A DNA stretch of 64,000 nt from Octopus vulgaris (GCA_951406725.2 OX597825.1:23932001-23996000); one strand, 5' to 3'. Positions 27,783-41,879 are shown, numbered from the stretch's first letter. Notes: a model not told the origin generated them from the letters alone. A program made the numbers and translations.

Positions 27783-27945
27783 ACATACAATATTAGACAT
27801 GTACTTATATACATAAGGGTACTAAATGAGTACCTATATCGCTCATGATAGGTGGTAGAGAAGTATTTTTTGACTTCTATCATGAGCGATATAGGTACTC
27901 ATTTAGTACCCTTATGTATATATGTACATATCTAATATTGTATGT
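27783..27945. repeat. near-perfect ~69-bp-arm hairpin
   Basis: 27783-27851 is the reverse complement of 27877-27945 with few mismatches. Confidence 0.9.
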
Positions 27946-27956
27946 CTACATTTCAA

Positions 27957-28158
27957 AATGTGACCTCGTGTGTACCGTTGGCGATTTTTTTTCCTCTGTC
28001 TTCCCTTCTCTGGATCTTTCCTTCTCCTATGTTTCCGACGAAGAGCTCCGCTCGAAACGTTAAACCCTCCTTCTTTCCTGAGCGTCCAATAATACTATAT
28101 TTGTTCCACGTCCTCGCGTTGTTGTGTTTTTTTTGTGCTTTCTTGTTTGGATTAACTT
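27957..28158 (+). mobile_element. Penelope-type short element with hammerhead
   Basis: Near-identical to 55926-56133, with a diverged partial copy at 50556-50640; ends in (TA)n. Confidence 0.8.
28031..28065 (+). ncRNA. minimal hammerhead ribozyme (CCGACGA variant)
   Basis: GTTT-CCGACGA-A-GAGC-TCC-GCTC-GAAA-C-GTT-AAAC: stems I and II intact, self-complementary AACGTT stem III. Confidence 0.7.
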
Positions 28159-28837
28159 CATATATATATATATATATATATGAGTTTCACGACAAAATTT
28201 ACAGTAAGCTCTTTTGATATTTATTTTACTTGGCTCTAACCGTGATGAAAATCGAGAATCCAATAAAAGTTTGTTCGATAATTTATGATGGTATTATTTA
28301 ATTCTTTTCTTTGGCGGAATTAAATCTAAGGCAATTTTATCCCTGCTTTTATCTTCCGCATTCTTGCTCATCATGAGGGCTATAAATCACTCGTAATTCA
28401 TAAAAGTTTAACGAGATAATAAGGAGGCACTTGTCACTTATATATAAAACATGCTACTCACTGGCATGAAAGGTGGCAATCCGGCGATACTGGATGGTAC
28501 GTACGATACACGTATAGAACACGTTTTATACCAACTATCTACCAATTAGCCATAAACTGTCTCGTTATATAATGTTGCAAAATATATTTTCATATAAAAT
28601 AGTAAGTCCAATATTAATGTAATGCATTTATTGTTGCGTTGTTCACTTACATACGCTGTAAACTTAATTTTTATATAAAGCAAAAATTTTGAAAAAAGTA
28701 CCAAAACCAAAACCAAATTATTGCAGCGTAGTACCAAAAGTATTACTGCACACAAAAAGTACCAAATTTGTTACAATAGTACTAGGTTCGGCAAGCCTGA
28801 TATATATATATATATATTATATGTATATATATATATA

Positions 28838-29326
28838 ATAATAAATATTAGGGAATGAATCCAAAATTACAGGGAAAAATCAGATTTAGGGTTAAATCCA
28901 ATTTTATAGTAAAATATTATATAATATAATTCGAGACAAAACCACTATTTTAAAACCAAACAAGGAAAGACTTAATCAATACATAAAATTTTAATATAAA
29001 TTAAATAAACCGCCACTACAATTGTTTCATGTCTGCTACCGACAATCTTCAGGTGGATTTTCGATCTAAAAATATCAATATTTTAAAATATAATTTAAAA
29101 TAATTTAAAATAATTTAAAATAATAAAATAATAAAATTATCTATGAAAGAATATAAAAATATATAATCTATATATAATCTATATATAATCAATATATAAT
29201 CTAAAATAATCTAAAATAAACCCTATAAACAATTGAATATAAAAACCTATTATAAAAGTTCTCATATTTAAAAATATACAAAAACCAAAAAACAACAAGT
29301 TTTAAAATAGTGGTTTTGTCTCGAAT

Positions 29327-29335
<9 letters not shown>
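28838..29335 (-). mobile_element. Penelope-type short element with partial inverted arm
   Basis: Homologous to 46001-46400; 29300-29335 inverts 28919-28955; flanked by (TA)n. Confidence 0.75.
29013..29056 (-). ncRNA. minimal hammerhead ribozyme
   Basis: RC CCAC-CTGAAGA-TTGTC..GACAT-GAAA-CAATTG-TA-GTGG. Confidence 0.7.
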
Positions 29336-29390
<55 letters not shown>

Positions 29391-29396
<6 letters not shown>

Positions 29397-30062
29397 AAAG
29401 GCTCCCAAATAAGGAAGCTTAGTGCTAGAGACACAAAGAGGGATAATTTCATGGAGAGAGTGAAATTCAAAAACATTTACCATTAACGATATATCCCGGA
29501 CTGATCAGTTTCTACCTCTTTCTAGCAAAACAGCAAAACAGACAGAATATGTTTGCCAAGGCAAGGTTCGTCAGCGGGACGCCTTCCTAATTCTAAATGC
29601 ACAGAGCGTTAGAGCACATGTCGATCTAACAATTTGTATATCTTAACTTTTCAAATCTCTGCGCACACGCAAAATATACCCGGCGACATAGAGCATGCCG
29701 GTAAAAAAGTTTACGAACAAATTTATCAAGTAATATGTGAACATAATCAAAAAGGGTAATAACATAGGTTATTATTACCAGTGGCCTAGCACAAAAGACG
29801 AATCATCATTAGACAAAATATTATTCATATAGAAAAATATTATTCATATATCAGTTCGAGATATATCGTTAATGGTAAATGTTTTTGAATTTCCCTCTCT
29901 CCATGAATTCATCCCTTTTTGTGTCTCTAGCACTAAGCTTCCTTATTTGGGAGCCTTTTATTATATTTCTATATGAATAATATTTTGTCTAAGGACTAAT
30001 TCGTCTTTTGTGCTAGGCCACTGGTAATAATAACCTATGTTATTACCCTTTTTGATTATGTT
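29391..30062. mobile_element. Penelope-type element with nested inverted repeats
   Basis: 29391-29505 inverts 29850-29964; 29740-29835 inverts 29965-30062; flanked by (TA)n. Confidence 0.75.
29493..29580 (-). ncRNA. hammerhead motif with extended stem II
   Basis: RC GTCCCG-CTGACGA-ACCT...AGGT-A-GAAA-CTGATCAG-TC-CGGGAT; GUC site, palindromic stem III. Confidence 0.65.
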
Positions 30063-30132
<70 letters not shown>

Positions 30133-31931
30133 TATACATATATACAATACGGGATTCTTACAGTTTCTGTTTACCAAATCCATTCGTAACGCTTTGGTCG
30201 GCCCGAAGCTATTGTGGAAGATACTCGGGACGCAGTGGTATTGAACCCGGAACAATGTGCTTCTTTTTTTTATTTTGGGTTCATCTGTTTCTTCTACTTG
30301 TTACAGCAATATTCCCCCTTTGTTGTCTGAGCTTGCAAGAAATTTTACACCTCCATATAATGAATCTTGATCCTATTACCTTATCAATTAACATCAACCC
30401 TCTTAACCTCAAATACTTTACAAAAAATTCTCACATCGAAAATGTGATTTCTAGTGCTGCTTTTTGGTGAAACTTATTGCCATCCATACTTTACTGAATG
30501 AAAACTTAAAAGCCAACTGATTCACCTTACCTAACTATAAATGATTGAAAGAATCATGAATACATTTCCCTTATATTCGATGTATGAAAAAACAGAAAAG
30601 CAATTTTCTTTTTTCTTTTCCGAATTCAGTTTCCTCATTTGTTATTAATGTACTCGAGTGTTAAACTACGAAATTTTCCGTTTCTGGTACGAAATTCTTG
30701 TAAGTATTTGAAAATAAAATAGTGTAAAATATTACTTCTGTGTAAAAGTTATCCTGAAAATATACTGATAACGATTTTGATACATGCCAAAAGAATATGC
30801 AGATGTATGAAATATGTAAGCACAAGTATATTGTAACGCTTCTTATCTGCAAATGACAGAAGCTAAAAATCGTTAAAGATATAAAAAAAAACCGAAAAAA
30901 CAATGAACTACAAAAATAAAATAATACAAGCAGATAACAAATCCCGAGGTAACTCATTCATATTTTAAATTTGTTCTTAGTGTTGAGAAATGCAATATGT
31001 ACCGTAGGTTATGGAATTTATCAATTTCTAAATTAATAAGTTTAGTTGATGATAACTTATTCATTTCCAATAGGCAAAATACATATGGTGAGAATGAAAA
31101 ATATCCAATTATTGATATTTCGTACTGTGCTGGATATTTAATGCAACAATGAAATGCAATTGTAGAAAGTTTTGTTATATAAAAAAAAACAACAAAAAAA
31201 ACAAAAAAAACATACTGCATAACAAAAAGAAGACTACTTACGTAAAAAAATTCATTCCCCGAAATCAATATCAATCAACATTGGAATATATAACCATGCA
31301 TATCTTTAAAACATATTTCCATTTTGTAATAATCAATAGTGCCAAAAATCTTCTCGTTATTTCCTTTTCAAAAAGAAGAAGAAAAAAAATGTCGTTCTTT
31401 GAATGAAACTCACAGTTGCAGGTGACGTTTTGTAAGCTTTCATGTCTGGCTAAGGATATTAAGATGGAAGACGTATAGGTATTGTTGAATGGGAAATTTT
31501 AGAAAACGATAAATCAACGAATGTTATTGTTGCTGTCGTTGTATCATTCAGGTAAACTGTATATAATATGGACGTTATGATGATGGATAAATCTCCCAAT
31601 CTCTCGGTAGTTATATACATATACACTCTTATTCACACACATATGGGGGAGATGGATACAAAGCGTTTAGCTTCACCGTGGCGTTTATTGTCAGAATATA
31701 TTCTATTGATCCAAGAAATTTAAATAGATAAGTTATTCTCGTTTGCTTAAGTTATAGTCACTATATATAAATTTCCGCTAATATATAAATTAATTACACC
31801 CACCCCACATGCACAGAAGCACACACATATACATGCATACATACATGAATGTGTGTGCGTGTTTCCTTTAACTGTGTGCATATGAATACCTTTCATTTGG
31901 AAAGTACAATGACCACCCAAATAAATATATA

Positions 31932-32230
31932 TCTTGATATATAAAATCCATTCTGTCTGTCTGTTTCTGCGCTTATAACTCGAGTATTGTTCATCTGATC
32001 GCGCTGAAATTTTAAACATGGTTACATGAGAGAGAGCGGGGCGTTCCGTAATCTGAAAAGATTTTCATAATTGTTAGTTTCAAAGTGAGAATCGCTATTT
32101 TTGTAATCTTTATGTCCTGTTTGTTCCGCCATTAAGACAACCAGTTGCTCAGACAGCCGGCACATACCATTTCGCGAGCAACAAGGGGAGTGCAGGATGA
32201 CAGTCAGCCCAAACCGTCGCTATGCTGTCT
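31932..32230 (+). mobile_element. Helitron-like 5' end fragment
   Basis: A|TCTTGATATATAAAATCCATTCTGTCTGTCTG start; the same 21-mer occurs inverted at ~34497-34517. Confidence 0.5.
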
Positions 32231-32699
32231 ATCTTCTTTCCTTTCTTTGTGTGGTTAATAATCTCAATCTTTAGTTACAGTTTCTCATTCAAACTACAAA
32301 ATAGGCAGAACTGTCGGATTAAGACAGTAAGGTGTTTTGAGGGAGATTTGGCTGCTACTTCTACCAGGTCTAGCTACCATGTAGAGGTCTGCCTCGTTGA
32401 TATTATATATTCCTTATGCTTTCCAAAACCGAGTTACAGATTTTGACACATGGGGTATCAAAAGATTCAGCACTATTTTGGCAACAAATTAAACTTAATT
32501 TTCATTCACATATTTGCATTTCAAACATTTAACATAATCTTTTCCATAAATCAACTATCGTAAAAATTTTATACGATGACGTCACATTTTCTATATGTGC
32601 GTGTACCCTAAAAGACATCAATCATCACGACACACACCTTCACTCACTAACTCTATCTCTCTTTCTCACCCTCTTTCTCTCTCACATACACACGCGCAA

Positions 32700-34245
32700 G
32701 CAGACCGTTATGAAAACCTCCATTGAAAATCAAAGAGCTGCAGAAAAACAGTGGGTAACCAAAAAAATCAAACAGAATCCAAAAAGGGTTCTATTCCTAA
32801 GCAAATAAGCATAGGACCGCTGTCTCACCCATTGGTCCATTGATCGATAATAACGGCATTCCCCAACACGGCGCTAAAGAAATGGCAGAAGTACTGCAGA
32901 AACAATACTGCTCTGTCTTTAGTAATCCCACTGATACTGACGTAAGAGAAGAAAACGATGTTGATTCCCAACATAAAATCTCAGACATAACCTTCACTGC
33001 CTCTGACATCATAGCAGCAATAAATGAGGTCAAATACTATTCTGCTGTAGGCCCTGATAGATACCCCGCTAATCTCCAGAAGGAATATAGACACCAACTT
33101 GCAGTCCCTCTGACCAACCTCTGGAGAAATTCTTCAGAGTCAGGTTATATACCGAAACAGCTCCTATCCCACTCTTTCATCTCGGTTTACAAACAGGGAA
33201 ACAGATCCCTCGCAGTCAACTGTCGCCCAATCTCACTCACCTGCCATATCATTAAAGTGTTTGAAAGAGTGGTAAGATCAAGGATAGCTGGTTTGCTGGA
33301 GATACACAAACTTCTAAATTCAAATCAGCACAGCTTTCTGTGTGACAGAGACTATCTAACACAGCTCTTATACCACATAGATGATATACGTAAAGCTTTG
33401 GGAACAAGCTTGAACTCTGATGTCATATATCTTGACTTCAGTAAAGCGTTTGACAGGGTTGACCATAATATCTTACTCTCAAAATTGGCAAATGTTAGAA
33501 TCCGTGGAAAATTTCTAAACTGGATTGAGTATTTCCTGGCGAACAGATCACAAGTTGTAGTCAATGGAGTCCACTCAAGCCCAGCAAAAGTCACCTGTGG
33601 TGTGTCTCGGGGGGCTGTCTTGGGCCCCGCTCCTCTTTATAATCTATATAAATGATTTCCAGTGTCGTAAAACACAGCAAAGTGAAAATATTTGCTGATG
33701 ACACTAAGCTCCAGAAAATCATCAATGAAGAAGAAGACCGAACTCAACTCCAGTCTGATCTACATGCGGTGAGTCAATGGGCAGACAAAAACAAAATGCA
33801 ACTAAAAAAATATTAGCTGATGCATTTTGGAAAAAAAGACTATGCAAAACAACCATACTCTCTTCCTTTAGGGAAATCTCTCACAGAATCTAATTATATC
33901 AGACACCTAGAAGTAATTGATAACAATCTCAGATGGAATGCCCACATCAACTATAAGGTCGATATAGCTCGTAGGATGAGCTCCTGGATCCTAAGACCCT
34001 TCCGGTCCAGAGAACAAGGTATCATCTCCTCCTTTGTATGACCATACCTCGAATACTGCTGCTCCCTATGGTCTCCCCATACAAAACAAAGCATTTAGAA
34101 AATTGAATCACCCCAGAAAGCATACACTAAACGAATTAATGGCATGACTGATCGATTACTGGGACCGCCTTAAAACATTGAAATTCTGCTCCCTCCAGCG
34201 CCGCCATAAGCGATACATCATTTGCAAAATGTGGATGAAACACTG
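32700..34245 (+). pseudogene. CR1-group LINE ORF2 reverse transcriptase remnant
   Basis: ORF 32840-33655 with NCRPISLT, YLDFSKAFDRVDH, GAVLGP; downstream frames give IFADDTK, QSDL..WA, PYLEYCCSLWSP, YWDRLK; frameshifted. Confidence 0.9.
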
Positions 34246-34516
34246 ATTTAACTTAAATTTGAGACACCTGCTGTGCATTTTTCTCGCGTACGCGTAGTAT
34301 CGATCGCAACACCTGATGTATTTTTCGCGTACAAATGCACGTTCCCACGGCTTTATCGATCGCATTCTCACCTGGAATCGATTTTTGCATTTTTTACAAA
34401 ACTTATACACGCCCTGATACCGTTGGTATCTGCATATCAAATCTGAGCGTAATCGGATGGAAGATACCCAAGATCCTAGAAGACACACACACACAGAGAC
34501 AGAATGGATTTTATAT

Positions 34517-34577
<61 letters not shown>

Positions 34578-34627
34578 TATATATTTATATGTATACATAT
34601 ATGCATATATATACATATATATATGTA

Positions 34628-34683
<56 letters not shown>

Positions 34684-34789
34684 ATATGTATATATATGTG
34701 TATATATGCATATATATATACATAAATAAATATATACATATTTTCATACATACATACAAACATACATACATACATACATATATATATAT

Positions 34790-34858
<69 letters not shown>

Positions 34859-35579
34859 TAAAGAGGAGAGAAGGGAAGTACATTTCGGAATGTTATTAGT
34901 ACCCACATCTCTATGCAAGTTAATAAAGCCATTTTGAATAATTGATTTCCTTTCTAATTCGAGAGACAAATATAGAAACCTCCATATAAAATTTCTTTTT
35001 GATACTGGATGATTGTAATTAAGTGATGAATTCATTTAATTGCAGCGTGTAATTTTGAAATTATGGGTACATATTCACTGATGATGTGATAAGAATTTAA
35101 CGAGATAACCAACGTTCTTCTCATATGATGTGTGTGTGTATGTTTAGTGGCTGTGTAATTATAAATCAAGAAGCGATTCGCCAACACTTTGTTCTTATTA
35201 TACCACGTGACTGTAGCTACGTTTAAAGAGAACGCCTCAGATTTGTGGGATGGGTATCGTCTGTATTCCTTGTGCTACTGCTGCTGCACCTGCTTTTGCT
35301 GCTACTGATGACGATGTTGATGATAATGGTGCCATTAATAGTAATAATAATTATTATTATTCTTTCTACAAGGCCTGAAATTTTGGGGGCGAAGCGAGTG
35401 TCGCTACATCGACTCCGGCACTCAACTGCTACTTATTTTATCGAACTTGAAAGACAAAAAGACAAAGTCGACTACGATGGGATTTGAACCTTGAACGTAA
35501 AGGTTCGGGAAGGATGCGGTAAGCATTTTGTCTGACAGGGTAACGATTCTGCCAATCCAACGCCTTTAAATGGCTTCTG

Positions 35580-36138
35580 ATTAAGGCACCGGGAGAGAAA
35601 TGCAGTCGATACAATTGACCTCACCGCTACACTGTCACCTTAATTTATCGACCCTAGAGAGATGAAAAGCAAAGTTGACCTTGGCGGAATTTGAACTCAG
35701 AACGTAACGGCAGACGAAATACCTATTTCTTTACTGCCCACAAGGGGCTAAACACAGAGAGGACAAACAAGGACAGACAAACGGATTAAGTCGATTATAT
35801 CGACCCCTGTGCGTAACTGGTACTTAATTTATCGATCCCGAAAGGATGAAAGGCAAAGTCGACCTCGGCGGAATTTGAACTCACAACGTAGCAACGGACG
35901 AAATACCTATTTCTTTATAACCCACAACGGGCTAAACACGGAGGGGACAAACAAGGACAGACATAGGTATTAAGTCGATTACATCGACCCCAGTGCGTAA
36001 CTGGTACTTAATTTATCGACCCCGAAAGGATGAAAGGCAAAGTTGACCTCGGCGGAATTTGAACTCAGAACGTAACGACAGACGAAATACCGCTAAGCAT
36101 TTCGCCCGGCTCGCTAACGTTTCTGCCAGTTCGCCGCC
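35580..36138 (-). mobile_element. SINE group B tandem array (3 units)
   Basis: 184-bp periodicity; junctions GAAATACC|TATTTCTT at 35723 and 35907; further old copies at 35355-35570 and 36185-36385. Confidence 0.9.
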
Positions 36139-36496
36139 ATGTGTGTGTCTCTTTCTGGTTGTATCGCCGCCATCGATAACAATAATTGTTTCAAATTTTG
36201 CCACAAGGGCAGCAATCTTGCAGGAGGGGTTAAGTTGATTACATCGACTCCATTGTTTCACTGGTATTTAAGCTATCGATTCCGAAAGAATGAAAGGCAA
36301 AATCGACCTAGGCGGAATTTGAAGTCAGAACATAAAGATGGACGAAATGGCGCTAAGAATTTTTGCTCGCCATGCTTACCACCTTCAATAACAATAATAA
36401 TAATTAGATTGTCAGGCATAAGGTCTTAGTTTCAAACAGCAATTTGGAATGAAATTCCTTTGACTTCTCCAATATGACCTTCAATTAAAAAAAATA

Positions 36497-37059
36497 TTGG
36501 GTGGTCCGGAAAGTTCGTACCGATCTATAGTAGCTTACCTTTCGACTTATTTTAGAACATGGTTGTGTTCATAAAATAGGATTTGACTATACCTCCATTT
36601 AGAGCACAGTTTAAGCTAGCTTTTCGTGGAAGAAGGATTATGTTCCTATAACCTGTATTAATTCTGTAACCCTTTAAAATGGAAGATAAAGTTCATTTTC
36701 GCCACTTGATGCTTTGGGAACCAGACAAAAATTGCTGCAGCTCGGCTGTGATGTGTTACCCCACCCTCCATATTCACAAGATATTGCGCTTTCGGATTTC
36801 CACTTATTCAGGTCTCTGCAAAATAGTTTTAATGGTAAAAATTCCAATTCCTTGGATGACGTAAAAAGACACCTTGGTGAATTCTTTGCCATGAAACCAC
36901 CTCAATTCTGGGAAGAGGGTATTTTCAAGTTAAAGGAAAGGTGGAGACGCATTGTGCAACAAAATGATCCATATTTAGTTGATTAATAATGTAATGGCAA
37001 GTATTTATTGATCTTTTTCTTTCCTTTAAAAATCGGCACGAACTTTCCGGACAACCCAA
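36497..37059 (+). mobile_element. internally deleted mariner element
   Basis: TIRs TTGGGTGGTCCGGAAAGTTCGTACCGAT / ATCGGCACGAACTTTCCGGACAACCCAA with TA flanks; N-terminus MEDKVHFRH fused to C-terminal HPPYSQDIALSDFHLFRSLQ. Confidence 0.9.
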
Positions 37060-37612
37060 TATATGCTATGATTTGCTGGAAATCTGACTACTATTTTTTT
37101 GTTTGGAACACAGCGAGGTTCTATACAGCCAATGTTAACTACAGGAAGCTGCTTGAACAAAAAAAGAGATGAGTTGTTGAAATATAAGCTCATTTACATA
37201 TTCGTTGGAGATAGAATGAGATCCTATGATCTCACAGTCGGTGGTGCTATCAAAGATACCGCATACAGAAACGTGGCAGTGAAAATGGAATATTAATTTT
37301 ACCTTTCCCAATGCTTCTATGATAAGTATGCGTCTACAAGATTATCGATAAAACCCACGTCACATTATCAAGCCTCAGCAATTTTCTCAGACAGCTGTTT
37401 TACTATTTCCCAAATGTGAAAATCAAAAGCAGTTCTGTATGCTTAAAATGACATTATTCAAAACAACTGATATTAATATCTCGATATCTGTAACTTAACC
37501 GTTTTAAGAATTCTTCAGACATTTACATATTATTCAGCCGGAAAACCTACTATCAGAATAATCGTTAGCATATACCGGTAGCTATGACAGAAAATGAGAA
37601 AATTACGGTTAC

Positions 37613-37662
<50 letters not shown>

Positions 37663-38120
37663 TACATACACACACGCGCGCACACACACTCACACACACA
37701 CACACACACATGGACACACACACATACACACACACAACATCTGTACACGTAGATACATATATACATCTGTACACGTAGATACATATACACATACACACAT
37801 ATAGCCACATATATAGATACACACATATAGCCACATATATAGAAATATATATATATACTGTATATGCACACACTCACATACAAACATATATTTATATTTT
37901 ATATAAATATGTATATATATATGTTATATATACATGTGTGTATATATATATATATGTATGCGTGTATGTATGCATGTATGTATGTAGATATACATGTATT
38001 TATGAGCGGGTGTGTCTGCGTATGTACGTGTATGCATGTAGGAATGGTTTATTATTTGTGTGTGTGTATTGGAAGTGGGCATGTATGTGCGTGTATGTAT
38101 AAGTAAACTATGCATGAACG

Positions 38121-38154
<34 letters not shown>

Positions 38155-38254
38155 TGTATGTATGTATGTATGTATGTATGTATGTATGTGTGTATGTATG
38201 TGTGTATGTATGTATGTATGTATGTATGTATGTATGTATGTATGTGTGTTCAGG

Positions 38255-39140
38255 GTACGCTAATTTTCGTTAAGGTTAAGTTACTTGAGGTTGTTGACTC
38301 TTTGATCTACCTTGGAAGGTCTGTACAGAATGATGGAAATCTGGACAAAGAATTATGTCTGTTAATTCAAAATGCAGCACAAGCCTTTTGTGGTTTGGAG
38401 TCACGCGTTTGGCGCCAACGACATATAAATAACAGCACAAAATTGGCTCTTTACAAATCGTTTGTCTTACCATCCCTGTTGTATTCTTCTGAAGTATGAA
38501 CGTGTTATGAAAGACCTTTCAAATCGTTAGAATGATTCCACCAAAAATGTCTTCACCGCACTTTCAACATTAAATGAGGCGTTTTTTAAAACTCCAGACA
38601 CAGATGTCTTTGTGTCTGTAGGCATCACTTCAATTAAATCAATGATTCTGAAAAATCAAATGAGATGATCTGGCCATATTGTTCGAATGGCGGATGAAAG
38701 CACACAAACAGTAGTTTTATGTCGGGTTTGCGGAGGGGAATCTCAGTCGGTGTAAACCTAAAAAACGGTTGAAAGACAGCATAAGGACTACCATGAAGTC
38801 ACGCGGAATTAATCTAACTAATTAATCCATAGAAACCATAGAGACCCTTGGTTCGGATCGAGCTGGATGGCGAACGAAAGTGTAAAGTGGAGTGAAAGCT
38901 TTTGAGGAGGCCAGGATAACACATGCAAAACACTAGAAGAATCTCTGACCTTTTTGTGTGCAAATTTTGTGATAGATCATGCTTTTCTTCTGCTGGGCTC
39001 AGATTTCATTTGCGGACCAACGAAAAATAAACCTGCACCCACTATTCTGCCTATATATCTGAGCAGACCTTTCAATGCCGTGTATGCCATACGGTCTGCA
39101 ACTCTAACGAAGCCCTCAAAAGACATTTTAAGAATTAGCT
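38255..39140 (+). pseudogene. RTE (BovB-like) LINE 3' fragment
   Basis: LEVVDSLIYLG..AFCGLESRVW..TKLALYKSFVLPSLLYSSE, FHQKCL, GHIVRM, KPKKRLKD, DRAGWR with stops. Confidence 0.85.
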
Positions 39141-39218
39141 CTTGATGGTCCAAGTCGGATATGCAACATATGTCTCTCTATCTATCTATCCATCTCTCTC
39201 TCTATCTCTCTATCTCCG

Positions 39219-39313
<95 letters not shown>

Positions 39314-39423
39314 CTCCAGCTCTCTATTTATCTAGCTATACATATCTCTCTCTCTCTTCCGCTCTGTATGTATGTATGTATGTATGTATGTATGTATGTA
39401 TGTATGTATGTATGTATGTATGA

Positions 39424-39456
<33 letters not shown>

Positions 39457-40530
39457 TGTATGTATGTATGTATGTATGTATGTATGTATGTATGTATGTA
39501 TGTATGTATCTATCTATCTTTCTATCCATCTCTCTCTCTCTCTCTCTGTATCTATTTTCGTAACCTTGAATGTTTCTAAACTTCATTTCTATTTTTTTTT
39601 TAATAAAAAAGCATTGAAAACATAATTAATCTGTTAACTGATAGTTTCGCTGATATTGATACAGAGAGAGAGAGAGAGTGATGTCAATGATGATGATGTT
39701 GATGATGAAAAGGTGGAGGAGGAAGAAGCGGAGGATGGGAAAGATCACAATGATGGCTCTCTTCCTGTCATCGTCATCATGATGGGAATGTTTCTCATTT
39801 GATGTTCGCTAATGATCCATCGAAGGTCCATCAAAGTTAAAGACGATTGTGGAGATGTCAATGACAAAGAGGAGGAGGAGATGGAGGAGGGGAAGGTGAA
39901 GGAGGAGGAAGAGGAGATGGAGTAAGAGGAGGACTGCAGGGATGCTAATGATGACGTTGCTGAAGATGTCGGTGATGAAGATAAGGAGGTGGAGGATATC
40001 GATTATGACGGGAATGCTGGTGATGATGATAACGACGATGACGACGGCGATGATAGTTATATTTCAACACATGTAAACATGCACGCACACTCACACACAT
40101 ATACACACACATACACACACACATACACACACATACGCACAGACAGACGTGCATATACTTGTACACGCACACATTTATTGTGCATTTTGGCGCAAAATAT
40201 GTGAAGCGGCTTCCTTCCGCCATCGTCACTGAAAGACTTAAAGCAGGCTTTGCTTAAAGAATTGCTCAAAAAGTTTCTAACACTCGTTCAGACAACGACC
40301 TCGAACCCATAAGAGTGACGACCTTGAACCCACAAGATTAAACAAGAGAGACAGAAACCGTCAGAAACAAGGAAAATGCCCCTTGTATTTGAATACTATG
40401 CAAATATTCTTTTAAAAATCTTTCCATTTAATTTTTCCAAAATTTAATTATTTCCATGCTTACAGTTGAAGAAGTCTCAATGAAATATTTTTTATAAAAC
40501 TTATTTTACCATTTTCTACCTTGACTTTTT

Positions 40531-40573
<43 letters not shown>

Positions 40574-40673
40574 GGAGTAAACACATAAATGTGAAACAAG
40601 GTGGAAAAAACGAGTACTCTGATACCAGGGGTAGAGTAATATGCTTTATTTAAAAGCACCAGAAATTCAACAA

Positions 40674-40713
40674 AACCTGTTACTCGGAGTTTCACGCTCC
40701 CGTTCGTCGGACA
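40674..40713 (-). ncRNA. minimal hammerhead ribozyme, inverted copy
   Basis: RC TGT-CCGACGA-ACG-GGAG-CGT-GAAA-CTCCGAG-TA-ACAGGT; 5' strand of stem I truncated. Confidence 0.65.
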
Positions 40714-40750
40714 TACATACATATATACATACATACATAATATATAAACA

Positions 40751-40794
40751 AACCTGTCCGACGAACGGGAACGTGAAACTCCGAGTAACAGGTT
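40751..40794 (+). ncRNA. minimal hammerhead ribozyme (CCGACGA variant)
   Basis: AACCTGT-CCGACGA-ACG-GGAA-CGT-GAAA-CTCCGAG-TA-ACAGGTT: 7-bp stem I, GNRA-capped stem II, GUA site. Confidence 0.75.
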
Positions 40795-40888
40795 TTGTTG
40801 ACTTTCTGCTGCTTTTAAATAAAGTATATATATATATATATATATATCAGCTCGTGTGATCCTTTTCCACCTTCTACATACACACACA

Positions 40889-40962
<74 letters not shown>

Positions 40963-41745
40963 TTGAGGATTTTTAGAAAAACAAAACAAACGAAAAATTG
41001 AAATACCTGTGTATGTATAATTAAAAAACAAGTGTAATAAATAAACAAACGAACGTATACTAAATACATAGGCGAGCCGAAGACAAAGGTCACCAACTTC
41101 TTATCAGTTATCAGCCAGAGGGTCAAACGCAATTTCGTGCCATTATCGATAATATTATATACATACATGCACACACGTAGACATTTCTCGTATGATGGGT
41201 TGGAAGAATAAATGTAACAATAAGAATAGTCAAATTTATCTTTATGCAGGTATTACTCTTAAAGAATATCGCCTGGTTATTAACAGAACGTAGGAATTTT
41301 TCGTTGCCTTCTTAAATATTCTATTTGTCTGCTAGTAGTCTCATACGCACACATTGTGTGTATATGTATGTGTATGTGTGTGTGTGTAGGTGTGTATGTG
41401 TATGTACTTGAGGTGACGAGGGTGAGAAGGCGTGACAACTATTTTACTATTTACGTACAGACAGCATCTTTAATACGTCACTCCTTCCTCTCTCTCTCTC
41501 TCCCTCTCTCTCTCTCTCTCTCAACTCTCTCTTCCGTCTGTCTGTCTGTCTCTGTCTCTGTATGCCTTTCTGTCTCTCTAACCTATTTCTGCTGTCTCAA
41601 ACAGTTGGTGTTCAAAAATATATCATGGCGTTAAATATGATTAAATATTCATTTATACATATTCAGAGAAATAAAGAGAGAGAAAGAGAGAGAGAGAGAG
41701 TAAAACATAAATATATGTATATACATACATACATTATATATATGT

Positions 41746-41788
<43 letters not shown>

Positions 41789-41879
41789 TATATACATATA
41801 TATATGATGTATATAAATGTTATATATACATATACATATGTTGTGTTTTTGTTTTGAGTGTGTGTGCGTGAAGTGTGTG

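Larger units (their letters stand above)
40572..40824. mobile_element. Penelope-type element, head-to-head inverted pair of hammerheads
   Basis: 40643-40713 inverts 40755-40824; embedded in (TA)n. Confidence 0.8.

Noticed and set aside
31932-34517. Composite transposon bounded by a 21-bp inverted repeat around the LINE RT
   Set aside because: More simply two independent Helitron-like 5' ends in opposite orientation; no TSD
35580-36138. CRISPR or satellite interpretation of the 184-bp array
   Set aside because: Units are SINE bodies without unique spacers
39680-40055. Acidic (D/E-rich) coding-like tract
   Set aside because: Degenerate (GAT)n/(GAG)n microsatellite with stops
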